Positions 40,485 through 53,190 of a DNA stretch of 64,000 bases are shown piece by piece (the stretch's first letter is position 1; every line of letters starts with the position of its first letter). The notes under the pieces are model-generated. The model saw only the letters and a program-made list of their open reading frames with translations, was not told where the DNA came from and made no database searches. Location of the stretch: contig JBEWZL010000084.1 in NCBI GenBank assembly GCA_045837725.1, positions 434,001 through 498,000 on the forward strand, read 5' to 3'. This stretch comes from Vermamoeba vermiformis (taxonomy: Eukaryota). Both the position numbers and the translations under genes were made by a program.

Positions 40485-40719
40485 ATGTGAATATTAAAGC
40501 AATAAAAAATACTATCAAAACAAACAACACTTATTTCAGTGTGATGCAACACAGCTTTTCATCTGTTTTTATTCATGAAACTCGTTTTTGTGAATAAATT
40601 TCGTATTGTTGGTAAAAAGGTGGCATAGTAAGGTGCTTTGGTCATATAAAAGCATCTTGTCGCTTTCATCTCGAACGGAGCAAGGTGAAATGTATGGATC
40701 TCTGTTTGTTCCAGCTAAG

Positions 40720-41175
40720 TTGCTCGAAGTTGTGCGTACAATTAATGTAATGTAATTAAATGAGCTTAAAGTGGGTTCGCATGAAGGCAACCGGGGTTGA
40801 TCCGATTCGCTTTGCCCCGCTTTATTACGCGTAAGTAAATCGGTCTTAATCGCTTTGTATTACCTCTTATTGACCACTTCTTAGCGTCAATATTCCGTAA
40901 TCAAGGTGTTTAAATAGATGACCCTTGCGAATGTGCAACGCGAAATACCGTGGCAAAGGGTTGGTACGGTGAGGTGTGTGCGACAAAGAGCAAAATGGTT
41001 CGAATAGTGTTTTTTTTTTCATGAAGCCGATTTTTTCGTGAAAGAGGTCAAACTTTGGTCAAATGGTGTAGCGCGAACCTAAATACAGGCCCAGCGGTGG
41101 GAATGTTCGTACAACTAACCACGGCATCTTTTAAAGCACCTTGTGCACATCGCGATGACCAGTCAATTGTTGGCA
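40720..41175 (+). ncRNA. Candidate structured non-coding RNA of unknown class, copy 1
   Basis: No conserved ORF. Multiple long inverted complements (40728-40743/41102-41116, 40902-40920/41125-41143, 40921-40930/40951-40961). Sequence blocks are conserved in copy 2. Confidence 0.45.
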
Positions 41176-41494
41176 ATGAAGTGACGGTGCTTCATTTCCA
41201 TATTTGGCTAATTCCCCTTAATCCGCGGACGGTATGCGCTAAGTAATAACTAATCCACACTAACCTCTAGATTCAATCTCGCTCCACTCGTGTAATTAAC
41301 TATTTTATTAACTTTATCATATTGTACAACATTAATACGAACGAAGCCCTTGTCTTCGTTCGTATACCCGTTTGATTAAACGTAAAACTTCTACACACTT
41401 CGCTTTCTTTACACTTCAGTTCGAACAGAGAAATAATTATGTATGGAGATCCGCAAAATGTATCTATTAATAGAGCTCTTTTTGTTTTTGCTTG

Positions 41495-42160
41495 GCTGCT
41501 CTCAGTTGTGCGTAGATTTGACGTCATGTAATTAAATCGAGCTTAAAGTGGCGCCGCATGAAGGCAACTGCGTTGATCCTTTTGCTTACTCCTCTTATTG
41601 ACCACTTCTCGGCGTCGATATTCCGTACTCAAGGTGTTTAAATAATGACCCTTGCGAATGGGCAACGCAAAATAGTCGCAAAGGGTTGGATTCGAAAAGA
41701 TGAATGGTGTTTTTCTTCATGTAGCCGATTTTTTCGTGAAAGAGGTCAAACTTCGGTCAAACGTAGCGTGTCCTTACACGTGAACCCTGGTACGTAGATA
41801 AAAAAGACCAGCTAAGTGGTCGATTTTTTCATGAAAGAGGTCAAACTTTGGTCAAAATACCGTGTACCTACACGTGTAACCTGGACTTACGAGGTAAAGC
41901 GAGGCCAAAGCGGTGGGACATCTTTTAAAGCACCTTGTGCGCAACACAACGAGACTAGCCAATTTTTGGCAGGACCCGTACAAAGTAAGTACCGCAGGTT
42001 GGAGATTTCCGAAACTTAGAAATTTAAATCCGCAATACATCGCTTTCCGACGGTTTTCCAGAAGGATTCGTACAACTAACGAAGGCATATATTAAAGCAC
42101 CTTGTGCACACCACACCGAGACTAGCCAATTTTTGGCAGGACCAGTACAAAGTAAGTTAA
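41495..42160 (+). repeat. Second diverged tandem copy of the structured element, with internal partial duplications
   Basis: Colinear conserved blocks with copy 1. CGATTTTTTCRTGAAAGAGGTCAAACTTYGGTCAAA occurs at 41028, 41726 and 41821. TAAAGCACCTTGTGC occurs at 41132, 41926 and 42093. Confidence 0.85.
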
Positions 42161-43470
42161 TGCCTATTTACGTGTTAGACCATTCTGAAATGCTCATATC
42201 AAGGCATAAAACGAGCTCAGACTACTACTACGAGTCTAACAAAAATTCTGATTATTTATTATTAGAAACAGCAAAGAAAAAAAGCGGAATTGGAACTTGA
42301 GCAAAACCGCTTTCTCTTTCCTTAGAACGACACTTGATTGAAGGTAAACTATGTCAAGCTAATGTGCTTGGCTATCTGCAATGGGGGCCCATGTTTGTTT
42401 TGGAGACAACCCATCGGGACACAAATCTCCTGGCATCTTCTACAACGATGGTAGACTACCTTTTGCTCAAGTTCAAGTGCAAGTTTTGTGTCGTATTCTA
42501 CGCAGATCTTTAATCGAGGGGCATTGTCGCAATTATATTCGACCAACGAAAAGTACAGTACTTGTTCCGGTACAATTTTTTTGTTTTTTTGGCAGTGAGA
42601 AGGCGTAATTAAAATGCCGCGTGGTGCTCATCTCGCTTGACGGAGTTTGCTCTCTTCAAATAATTCTATTGGCGAGCTCCCACGCTCCGGATTGCCATAG
42701 TAATACACTCGCGGGCATCCCATGTATCGTCTGCGTCCAGCAGCATGCGGCTGAATTCCGGTTACAATATTTGACAGCTGTCCTACTGTTGATCTCCGCA
42801 GTTACTTGCTCAAGAGAATAAAAAGGCGCGGAAGCAGAATTAGTTCACAGCCATATCACTTTTCTGAAACTCGTTTACGACGAAAGTCATACCCGAAGAG
42901 ATTCGTCGCCTCTTCGCGGGCAAATCCTTGTTATGTGGTGCTCTTTTCTTGACTTTCGTAGTACTTATAAATTTGATCCATGCAAATAATTATTGATCCA
43001 AATAATTGGAATTACCGCTTTTGACTTTAAATTTTCAAAGGGGGTGGGATTAATATTATTATTGGAGGCCACTAATATTAATAGTATTATTTGGCTTAAT
43101 TATTCAATTTTCCTTTTCCTCTGTATTTGTACCTTGTTGGCCGCCATTGGTAATTATTGAGGACATCGTGGGTGTCAAAGCGGTCTCGGCAGTGGAACAA
43201 GGTGAAGAACAGCATCATGTTTTTGATTACTGCCGCATTACCCGCAAATAAGTGACTGACTCCCGCCTATTTAAAAAAATTGATAACAAAGCTTGAAGTA
43301 ATATTTAATATAATATATATTATATAATATTGTGTGTTACACCGTGTGCTGTTTATTTTTTGACGCCCTTTTTACTGGCGCCTTTTTCAGTGCCAACTTT
43401 GAATTTCATTCCTATAAATTATCAGCACCATACTACATGCAATAGGATAACGCATCACAATTGCGCTTAT

Positions 43471-45877
43471 ATGCAGCCAGGGGAATTGATCTGGGTTAAA
43501 TTTGGTGATCATCCAACGTGGCCTTGCAGAGTAAGAGAATAATATTATTTATTCAAATGAAAATTATGCTTTCAATACATCAAACAAACCCTTATTGCTG
43601 ATTGAACTAAAATAAAATATTTCACAGATCGCTAAAGTGACAGAAGTTGGAAAGAGCGTGTTAGATCTCAGAGTACCAGACACAGTTCTTGTATATTTCT
43701 TTGGCAGCCATAATTAGTACGTAAATAATTATTAAAGAGGAGCATCAATAACTAACGTTACTTTTCCCGTAGCGCGTGGATAGAACCTCAATTCATATTC
43801 GATTTTGAGAGTAATTATAGCAAATATAGCGTCAGAAGTAAAATGGCACAATTTAGAAAAGTAAATCCGCAGATCAAATTGTGTACATCTGTTAACTTTG
43901 TTGCAGGGCTTACAAGAGGCCACCGATTGGAAAAATAACAAAGAAAAGTCTTCCAATACTACAAAGGCACCGAGAAAGCGTGTGGTGGTTTCGGATGAAA
44001 GCGGCGAAGAGGACAGCATCCAGGACTCGGAACAGGATCGCGAGACTAGCAAGAGCAGCACCAAGCCTAAGAATACAAAATCGAATGGAAATGTTAAGAA
44101 ACAGAAAGAGACAATCGAAGTTGATTCTGCAGATGAAGTACGATCTGTCAAACGTTTCAATGTTTTGATCTAACAAGTATTTTAAATAGAGCGACTATAG
44201 CGGGCCTGAAGACGACTTCAAACCATCAAAATCAAAATCGTCAGTAGCTTTGAGCACTAAGAGCAGCAAAGCTAAAACTACAGAAACAAAAAAACCAAAA
44301 ATTTCAACGCGCAGCCGCACACTCAAAACAGTTCAAAGTACGGCGAACATCGGATCCGATCGTGCTAAAAGCTTAGAAATTACCAAGGCCGACCGTAATG
44401 GAATTACTATTAATAATAAAACAATGACAAGCAGCACCAAAGCCGCACCAGAAAAAGAAGACATAGCAGTGAAAAAAGAAGCCACGAGCAATGGACAGAG
44501 TAACGGACACGACGAACGGCGTGGGAAAGCTACCAAAGAAAAAAAACGAGACGAAGAGGAAGAAGAAGAAGATAATGACCTTGAGGATAAAGATGAAGAT
44601 GACATTTTGACGGAATTAATGAGCGCTCAAAGGCCACGCGAAGATGAAGAAAAGCAAGATGAATTCAGTGGCGATGATCAACTGGACAATTGGTACGCGC
44701 CAACACAGCCGTATCGATCAGACGACAGCGATGATGAACGACGTACGAAGAAATTACAGCCGGCGAAAACAGCTCAAGCACGACGATCGCCGGTCCCTAA
44801 GCAGATACAGGACGACACTGGGGATGAAGTAAAGCTCGGGTCTAGTGTAGAGATCATTCCTGTTGGCAAAAACACTCACAAAATGGGCGCGAACAGCCAC
44901 TCAGTCAGTTTGCAAGAGAAAAAGCCTGAAACGAGACCCGTACCCGTCAGCGCCAACAACACCAACAACAACACCAACAGACAGTTACTTACGACGAGCA
45001 ATAGCAGACGACGCAGCGATGAGACAGGGGAGACAGGCAGTCATCAGAACAACAGCGAGAGTCTGTTCGACGACAGCGAGAAGACAACTCATCTCAGCCA
45101 CTCGCCAGCTGCCAGCAATGGTAAGACTCGAGTCCCTGGCACTCCTGTACACCTGTCATCCGTAAGTATATATATGATTGAAACCGATGTTGTTTCTAAC
45201 GCGAGACTCAGCCACCTCTTGAGCCTCGAGGGTCATCACCGTTTTTATCAAAAAACAAGCACAAACGACGCATCAGTGAAGTGTCGCCTACACAGCGCGT
45301 GACACCGTCTTATGAGCTCGATGATAGTGCCTCGTTGTTTGATGATTTGGCCTCGCCTTCTGGTCACGTTGTCAAGCGCCGTCGCATCAATGATGCGCCG
45401 TTGAACAATGCTGTGCCTGCAGCCTTGGACATGAGCCTTATCAAAGAAATGATCGAGAACGAAGTCGCACTTAAATTGGCGACGGTGAATTCAGATTGGG
45501 ACAGCAAATTCGCTCGAGTCTTTAAAGCCGAGTTTGAAAAGCAGAACGAGGCAATTAAGGAAAACGTGAAAGAATCGCTGAGAAATCAGAAAAACGACGT
45601 ACAAGCTCTCCTCAAAGCACAGAAAACCACCTTGGAGCAGATCTTGGCTCAACAAAAGATCGATAATAAGAATCACATGAAAGCATTAATTGAGCAAATT
45701 GAGACTATCAGCGGCTCTATAACTGAATTAGATAAGCGATTAGAAGCACAAATGAAACAATTGTCGGATCAGCAGTCAGCGATCATTGATAAGTCAATAG
45801 CTGGTGCTGAATCATTGCTCTCATCATTGCGAGGCTTAACAAGTAAGTCACACAATAACAATGTAAATAAAATGTAA
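43471..45877 (+). CDS. PWWP-domain chromatin protein with an acidic/low-complexity middle and C-terminal coiled coil
   Basis: MQPGELIWVKFGDHPTWPCR|I..VLVYFFGSHN|..AWI, a PWWP signature. Confidence 0.88.
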
Positions 45878-46019
45878 ATGCGCTTTTGAGCACGTGATTT
45901 CCTGATTTAGAATTCGTTGGCCAAGCAAGACTATCGACGTTTCGTAGTAAGACAACTATAATTTACCGTTACAAACCACAACTAATTTAATGTTATTTAA
46001 AAGGTCTCTGTAACTAAGC

Positions 46020-48944
46020 ATGCGGATCGTGGTTGCGTGCTTGATTATCTTTTTGCTTGAGATCGCTACCGCTGACCCAAGTAAGTAAGCAGCAGCAATT
46101 TTTAATCGAAATTTTAATAAGACGGTATCTACTGTAATTACAGCAGAATATTTAAATTTGCCAAATTGTCCGTTACAAAATAATAATTAATTATTTACAG
46201 GCTTTACATTTACTGAATCAATTTCAATTCCGTCCTCCTCATTTCGTCGCGACGTTCGAATTGTTGCGGGGAATTCAGCATCGTGGGTCTATCAAGCATG
46301 CGTTGCCGACTCCCTTTCTACGGGACAAGTCTCCACTGTCTTTATTTATTCAAACACTAGTGCTGTTACGGCAGGCACAGCACCGGGTGGCGGAGTTAAC
46401 AACAATGATTTGACCGTTGTGCAAGGTTTTACCGATTGTGCTTACTCTGGTTTAGTGGTATGTTTCCCCTCCTTAATTAAGGTTGACGTATAATTACTCG
46501 GCATTAAGAATTCGCAACTCGTCAACGTGTTTCAAGGTGAAGTTGCCACAAATCTCCCCGCTGGTGATTGGCAGTCACCCTTCTACGCCGTGTGGATCAA
46601 TAACGAAGTGCAAACTTTTTTATATACAGGAGTACGTATTAATAACTTGCGTCTGCGTATTAACTTAGCCTCAGACCGGCGTAGTCAATTATCGGAATTC
46701 TACGGCTGGATCGTACCAGTACTCGGCAGTCGATGACAGCATGGAACTGATTAAAGGCTGGGAGCTCTATCAAAATCCCGTCAGTAAGTGCCTCTCTAAT
46801 ATAGCCTCTCTAATGCACCGGGCCGTTGTAATAACCTGTCTGCTTAGCCAAGATATTTTACATTGTGTACTCCTTGGGTCGCACAGACAGCGAGGTGTGG
46901 AAGTCAGTCGTGTACAAGTGCAGCCCTGACTGCGTGAATGATGGCACGATAGACGTCTCAGCATATGCCACGATCACTGCTAACAGCACGCATTGGTTCT
47001 CGTGCTACAAACAAGTGCAGTCCTCGGGACAAGTCATTCAGCTAGGGTTTCACATCTGCAGCGTGGCTGGACTTCTTCCGTCCAATTTTCAAGTGCCACA
47101 GCCTGACACAGACTATCCGATCAAGGACACGACCGGTGAAGACCGCATGTACAGCTGCATGATGAGCGAGACCACAATGATACTCGCAGTATCGAGTTCA
47201 GACACGCAAAAGTACTCGCTCTACTCGCTCGACACAGCGAATGCCTTCAACATCACCAGCAAGACGAGTACTGACGGCAGTGGCTACGTCATGTCTATGG
47301 CGTGCAGAGATCAAGTCATCTTGGTGGCCACGCAGAACAAACTCGACTATTGGGTCTGGGACGATGGTGTAAGTGCTGTGATAACATACATCTTGTATTC
47401 ATTTCTCACCTGCAACAGACTGGCTTTATATTCCCGCCGATCTCGGGACCAGTGGCGTTGAATCCGCCTGTCACATCACCCATTGCCGCACCAGTGGCTG
47501 ATGCTCCAACTAGCACTCCAACAGCAGTCCCTGTTGATGCACCTGTGTTCATCGATGGTCCTACAGCTCCGACTAGCGGTGTCAAACAAAACGGCACTGC
47601 AGCAACAGGAGACCTAACCGAAGATCAAAAAATTCTCGTCGGAGTGCTCGTCGGTGTCGGTGTACCTGTGCTGTCGGGTGCTATAGTCTTGATCGTGTTG
47701 CGCAAGAGACTCGCCAAGAAGAAGGCTGATGACGGTGACTCGGTGTACACGGCCATCAATCTGCTGAACAAAGATGATCCGTTGTTTGCGAAGAAAATGC
47801 TCATTCCATTCAAACAACTCAGCTTCACGAAAGAAATTGGCTCCGGTAGCTTTGGCAAAGTCTTTTTAGGGTGCGTAAATCTTACTTGTAATGCACGCAA
47901 TGACTAATGGAGTGACAGCAAATGGCGAGGCGCGACAGTAGCCATCAAAATGAACAATCAAATAGCAGACACTGAGGGCTTCTTGGCTGAAGCGCGATTG
48001 ACGCTGTAAGTTATAAATATCTACTATTATCATGCATGTTAGTAACAGCGGGTGCCACAGAGCAATGCCTCCGCACCCCAATCTTGTGCAAACATATGGT
48101 GTGAGCATGGACTCGGACTATCCCTACATAGTACTCGAGTACTGCGAGGGAGGCAGTCTCGATAAGATCGTGTTCAATGAGGTCATCAAGCGCAAAGAAC
48201 AGCGCTCACTCGTGTTGGGCATTGCGTACGGATTGATGCACCTCCACACGCATAAAATTGTTCATCGTGACTTGGCGGTCAGAAACATCTTGGTGCGTTG
48301 TGGTGATAATAACTGTTTTCAGTACTGTTCTAACAAAATATTTACGAAATTCAGCTCAAAGAAGGCCAGGCTAAAATATCTGTAAGTCCAGACGGTACAA
48401 TTCATTCGGACTCCTACTAACGCGTCTTTGCAGGACTTTGGTATGTCACGTGTCCTCAAAGAAGAAGCGTCGCAAGGCAAAACCAACACCACCGTGGGAC
48501 CCATTCGCTGGATGGTACTAGTGTTGGCTAAACAATTCAAATAGTTAACCGCACAATTATAGGCCCCCGAAAGCATCAACGACATGACGTACAGTCCCAA
48601 ATCCGATGTGTGGTCCTTTGGTGTTGTTGGTACGTCCAAAGTTGATTCACGGTAGTCAATATCTAACCGTACAATAACAGTGAGCGAGATTGTCAATGGT
48701 CACGAGCCACACATGGGTGAAAATCAAATTGATGTCGCGATGAAAATTCGAGATCAAGGCTACACACCTTCAATACCTGACGACTGCGATCCAGCGTTGA
48801 AAGAATTGATGCAAATGTGTTGGAAAGTCAATCCCGATGACAGGCCGGTAAGTTCCGAACCACATCTGCTGAGCTCTACTAATGAGTACGTAGGAAATGC
48901 ATGCTATTATTGAGTTTTTGAACGACAAATTTTCTCAGCCTTAA
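46020..48944 (+). CDS. Single-pass receptor kinase with tyrosine-kinase-type motifs, paralog 1
   Basis: Signal peptide, Cys-containing ectodomain, APV stalk, TM (ILVGVLVGVGVPVLSGAIVLIVL), GSGSFGKV, HRDLAVRNIL, DFG and GPIRWM|APES. Confidence 0.9.
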
Positions 48945-49119
48945 ATCCTCGATCCAAAAAATCTCGCAGTAAATCTTGTTTTCTAAATTTGGAAGTAGAC
49001 AAGTTTTAACGTTGTGACTGTAAATAGTTGTGTTTGCTATTATAAATCAAACAAAATGCCTCAACTGTGGCAAAAATTATCAAAATTAATTTAGACGTTA
49101 TACCGACGTTGCAATAACA

Positions 49120-51900
49120 ATGCTACGACATCCGATTATATTTATTTTTATCTTCGTCTGTAGTACTGTAGCTAAATCCCGTAAGTTGTTTTGTCAATAA
49201 CCGAATAAGCCGATTTTAACTGAATTTTTTTTTTATTCAGATCTTAACTTGACTGTAACTCTGACTGCAGCCGCTGTCAACTCAGCAAGACGAGATGTAT
49301 ATTTTTTGCAAGGCGATGCGGGCACTTGGAAATATACTGCTTGCGTAGCGGACTCATCAAACAGGGCTCGTATACGCGAGCTTTCAATTCAATCACAAAC
49401 CGCTTCATTAGGCCCCTTTAAGCCTTCGTATGATGGACAAAGCGACTTAAATGATATCACCGTCGTGCGTAACTATCCCGGTCAATGTGCATATGTTGCT
49501 GTGGATAACGTACGTGGATGTGATTTTAGCGCAAAACTAATTAGTATAAGGTGTTCGGTCCAGCAAAACTGCGAACTATATTGCCTACCAGTAGCAGCGC
49601 ATTCGACATTACAAATGGCAAATATTATCTCGCGTTGACTTCATCTCTGTGGCTTGACAATCGCATTATCAGCTTTGTGGCCGACAATGTAGGTCATATA
49701 AATACTAGCATGGTCCTTATTAACAGTTCGTTAGAACGGAGTTTACTCTGCCAATCTCACAGACACGCCGTTCTTCAACTACACGATTCCAACCGATGGT
49801 CTGACTATCTTTCAAAGCTTCGAAGCAGTGCCCAATGCAGATGGTAGGCTGAGAATAAGTAACGACATTGTACTAACACTGCGACAGGCTCCACATTCAA
49901 ACTCCGACTCTCAGCGCGAGCAAACAACGCCTACTACTACACTGTACTGTACGACTGCACGACGAGCACTTGCACGCGCCAACAATACTACCAATACGCT
50001 GCCTCGGCCACACTGGCTGTCTCGCGCGATCGATGGGTGGTGTGCATGAAGTACAGTGACCTGGTCTTCTCTCAATTCACAGGAGGGGTAAGTGCGGCCT
50101 GGGTTAATATTGTGTGGTGACCAATCCCTCTCTCTATAATTAGAACTACACCTGTGTCTCGTCCACTGATCCTACGACTCAAGTACTGCTCCCTAAAGCG
50201 ACTGCAGACTATCCTATTACTGATAACACGGGCGCTTATCCGTTGCGCAGCTGTTTGATCCGAGACAGCATTATGGTCCTCGGCGTGACTGATTCGGTCG
50301 CCGAGACGTACACCATATACGCGCTAGACACTGCCAACTCATTTGCACTCCTGACCAATTCGACGCAGAAGGCGGGAAAGGCATTATCAATCACGTGTCA
50401 AGATGCTGTCGTACTCGTCGCGACAAACTTGGGCTTTGATTATTATGTGTACGACAACGGCTCCGGAATCGTTTTCCCGCCAATTCAAACTCCGGTCGCA
50501 GCTAATGTGCCCAATGCAGCTAATCAGCCGCTTCAATCCAATGCTCCGATAAGCGTTGCAAGTCCCACGAGTGATTCTCAGCCGCCTGCAGCAGCGCCCC
50601 TTGATGTCACTGGCATCGCGGTTGGTTCGAGTATTGGCGGGGCAGCACTAATTGCAGGAGCGATTGTGACAGGTGTCTTAGTCAGTCGACACGTGCAAGC
50701 GAAGAAACAAAAGCGGGCTGACGAAGAAGCAGCGACCACTCCGATGGTGCCGCTGCAGAAAGATGATCCAGACTTTGACAAAAAGATGCAAATACCTTTC
50801 AAAGAATTGGCCATTAAGAAGCTGATTGGCTCGGGAAGTTTCGGTAAAGTTTACATTGGGTACGTTAGTGTCTATCAATAGGACGTATATCTGACCAATG
50901 TTGCTAGTAAATGGCGCGGAGTGGATGTGGCGATCAAAGTGAACAACATGATTCAAGACACTAAGGGGTTCTTAGCCGAGGCAAAGCTCACATTGTAAGT
51001 GTCGAGATAACCACGAATGTTCATTGACCCCTGTCAGATCAATGCCGCCACATCCCAATCTCGTGCAAACATTCGGCGTGAGCATCGATTCAAATCACCC
51101 TTGCATCGTGCTCGAGTTCTGCGACGGAGGCAGTCTCGACAACATTGTGTTCAATCACAAGTTGAATGCTGATGAACAACGTGCCCTCGTGAAGGGCATT
51201 GCGTTTGGTCTCGCGCACCTTCACAGCCACAAAATTGTGCATCGTGACTTGGCCGTGAGAAATATTCTGGTAGGTGACAGCTAGTTGTGTTGACAATGCT
51301 AATAGTACTATTAACAGCTCGACAAAGGAATACCGAAGATATCTGTAAGTACTTTCGACAGCTCTCTGCTGATTATGCAGCTGACTAACTACGCCAGGAC
51401 TTTGGTATGTCGCGTGTGTTGAGTGAAGAAGCAGAGCAAGGCAGAACCAACACCACTGTGGGACCTGTGCGCTGGATGGTACGGCCAGTCGGTGTGTTGG
51501 CTAGATGTGGTACTGACAACCTTCAAATAGGCCCCTGAGAGCATTGTTGACATGCGCTACAGTGTCAAATCAGATGTGTGGACATTCGGCATTGTTGGTA
51601 AGTCGAACTTAGTTTGATGGGGGCATGAGACCAATCGTTGTGCAAGTGAATGAAATAGTTGCTGGACACGAGCCTCATGAAGGCGAAAATCAACTCGATG
51701 TGGCGAGGAATATTAAGGACAATGGCTACACTCCTTCTATCCCCGATGCCTGCGATCCAGTGCTGAAACAAGTGATGGAGATGTGTTGGAAGTACGATCC
51801 AGCTGAACGACCTGTAAGTAGCATTATTGAGCGAGGGACTTGCGCTAAACCCGTACAGGACATGGACCAGGTCTGCGAGTTCTTGTCCCAACACTTCTAA
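49120..51900 (+). CDS. Single-pass receptor kinase with tyrosine-kinase-type motifs, paralog 2
   Basis: Same architecture and kinase intron positions as paralog 1: GSGSFGKV, HRDLAVRNIL, DFG and GPVRWM|APES. Confidence 0.9.
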
Positions 51901-52032
51901 CGCACGTGATGTGAAATTTCACTTAAACATTGCAAAAAATATCGGGCACGCGCTCATCTTCACACTTGTGTAAACGCTTCTAAACAGGAGTCCACAACGA
52001 ATCTTATATCGTAATATTGCTTTCTTGTAAAT

Positions 52033-53190
52033 ATGTTGTCACATCTGCGTGTAGTTGCCACGAGAGCACTGGGAGCGCGCAAGATCCTTCCGAAAACTAG
52101 CATTCCCTTGCTTGAAACCTATGCAAATAACAATAGTAAGTATAACTAGACGCGAATTAAAATATTTGCACGAATAGAAGCTTCAGGATCTAATTAAATT
52201 TGACAGAATCCGCAAAACCCTACTCGTCAACATCACAGAACTCTCAGGGGCTGTTGAATATTGAAGGTAAGATTAATGTTCAACACTAAGGCTTGTTTGT
52301 TGAAGGGTTTCGAGCTTCAGTTTCCGATTAAATTTCGTTGGGTTCAAAACGAATCCCAAATGAAAGCCCATAGTATTAAGGCTAATCGAATATACGGACC
52401 AAATAGCATGTACTGAACGTTATTATAGCGAAGAGATACGCTTTTTCCAAGCAAATTGTTGAGTCACTGCAGCCCATCAAGTGCAATCTGTCTCCCGAAC
52501 CTCGAGCACCAAAGAAGGAGGTAAATACGACTACATAAGAATAATATGACTCATATTTCCCGTTGTTGAGATAATCGATTTGATTGTTCTTGAAAATTTT
52601 TTGGATCCTAATCCACTTCCTGACGACAGGAACTCCTTTCTCCGCTGATTACCTCGACTGAATCTCGTGGCAATGATTGGTTCGATCAATGTCGCGCACA
52701 CACACTTAATAATAACCCCGTCAAGGCACTCGAATGCATCAACCAAGCTCTGTTGATGGATCCGCACAACGCACTCTTCTTGCAAGAAAAGGCGCAGCTA
52801 TTGTTTGTACGTCGTCAATTCTCTGACGCTATTGAGCTCTACGATCGCATCTTACGAGAAGGCTCGCATCCTTCGCTGGATACGATTTGGTACAACAAGG
52901 CCCTCGCAGTCTATTCAGAGAAAGAAGACTTAAATCAAGCACTAGTGTGTTTGACTAAAGCTATTGATATGAACCCGCGCGAGAAGGCTTATTGGCTGCT
53001 CAAATCGAAGATCTTGAACAACATGAACAGACCTGATGAGTCCTATCAAGCCGCAGAAGAACTGTTCAAACTTGATCCAGCGGATCCACTCACGTGGCAG
53101 TGGAAAGCAGAGCTATTGGCGGATATGGGCAATATTGAAGAGGCCAATCGGTGGTTTAATAAGGTCGAACAAGCGCGTGCTTCGAAATAA
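52033..53190 (+). CDS. Tetratricopeptide-repeat protein (5' exons uncertain, possible mitochondrial presequence)
   Basis: TPR pattern ALECINQALLMDPHNALFLQEKA, IWYNKALA, AIDMNPREKAYWLLKS. I could not join the upstream exon MLSHLRVVATRALGARK unambiguously. Confidence 0.75.

Noticed and set aside
40720-42160. CRISPR array, telomerase RNA, RNase P/MRP or spliceosomal snRNA as the identity of the repeats
   Set aside because: The repeats are not regularly spaced with unique spacers and there are no cas genes. There is no conserved telomeric template, the P4/CR-I and CR-V motifs are not in the expected order, and no snRNA signature was recognised.
43305-43331. TA-rich microsatellite-like run
   Set aside because: Short low-complexity promoter sequence with no further structure.
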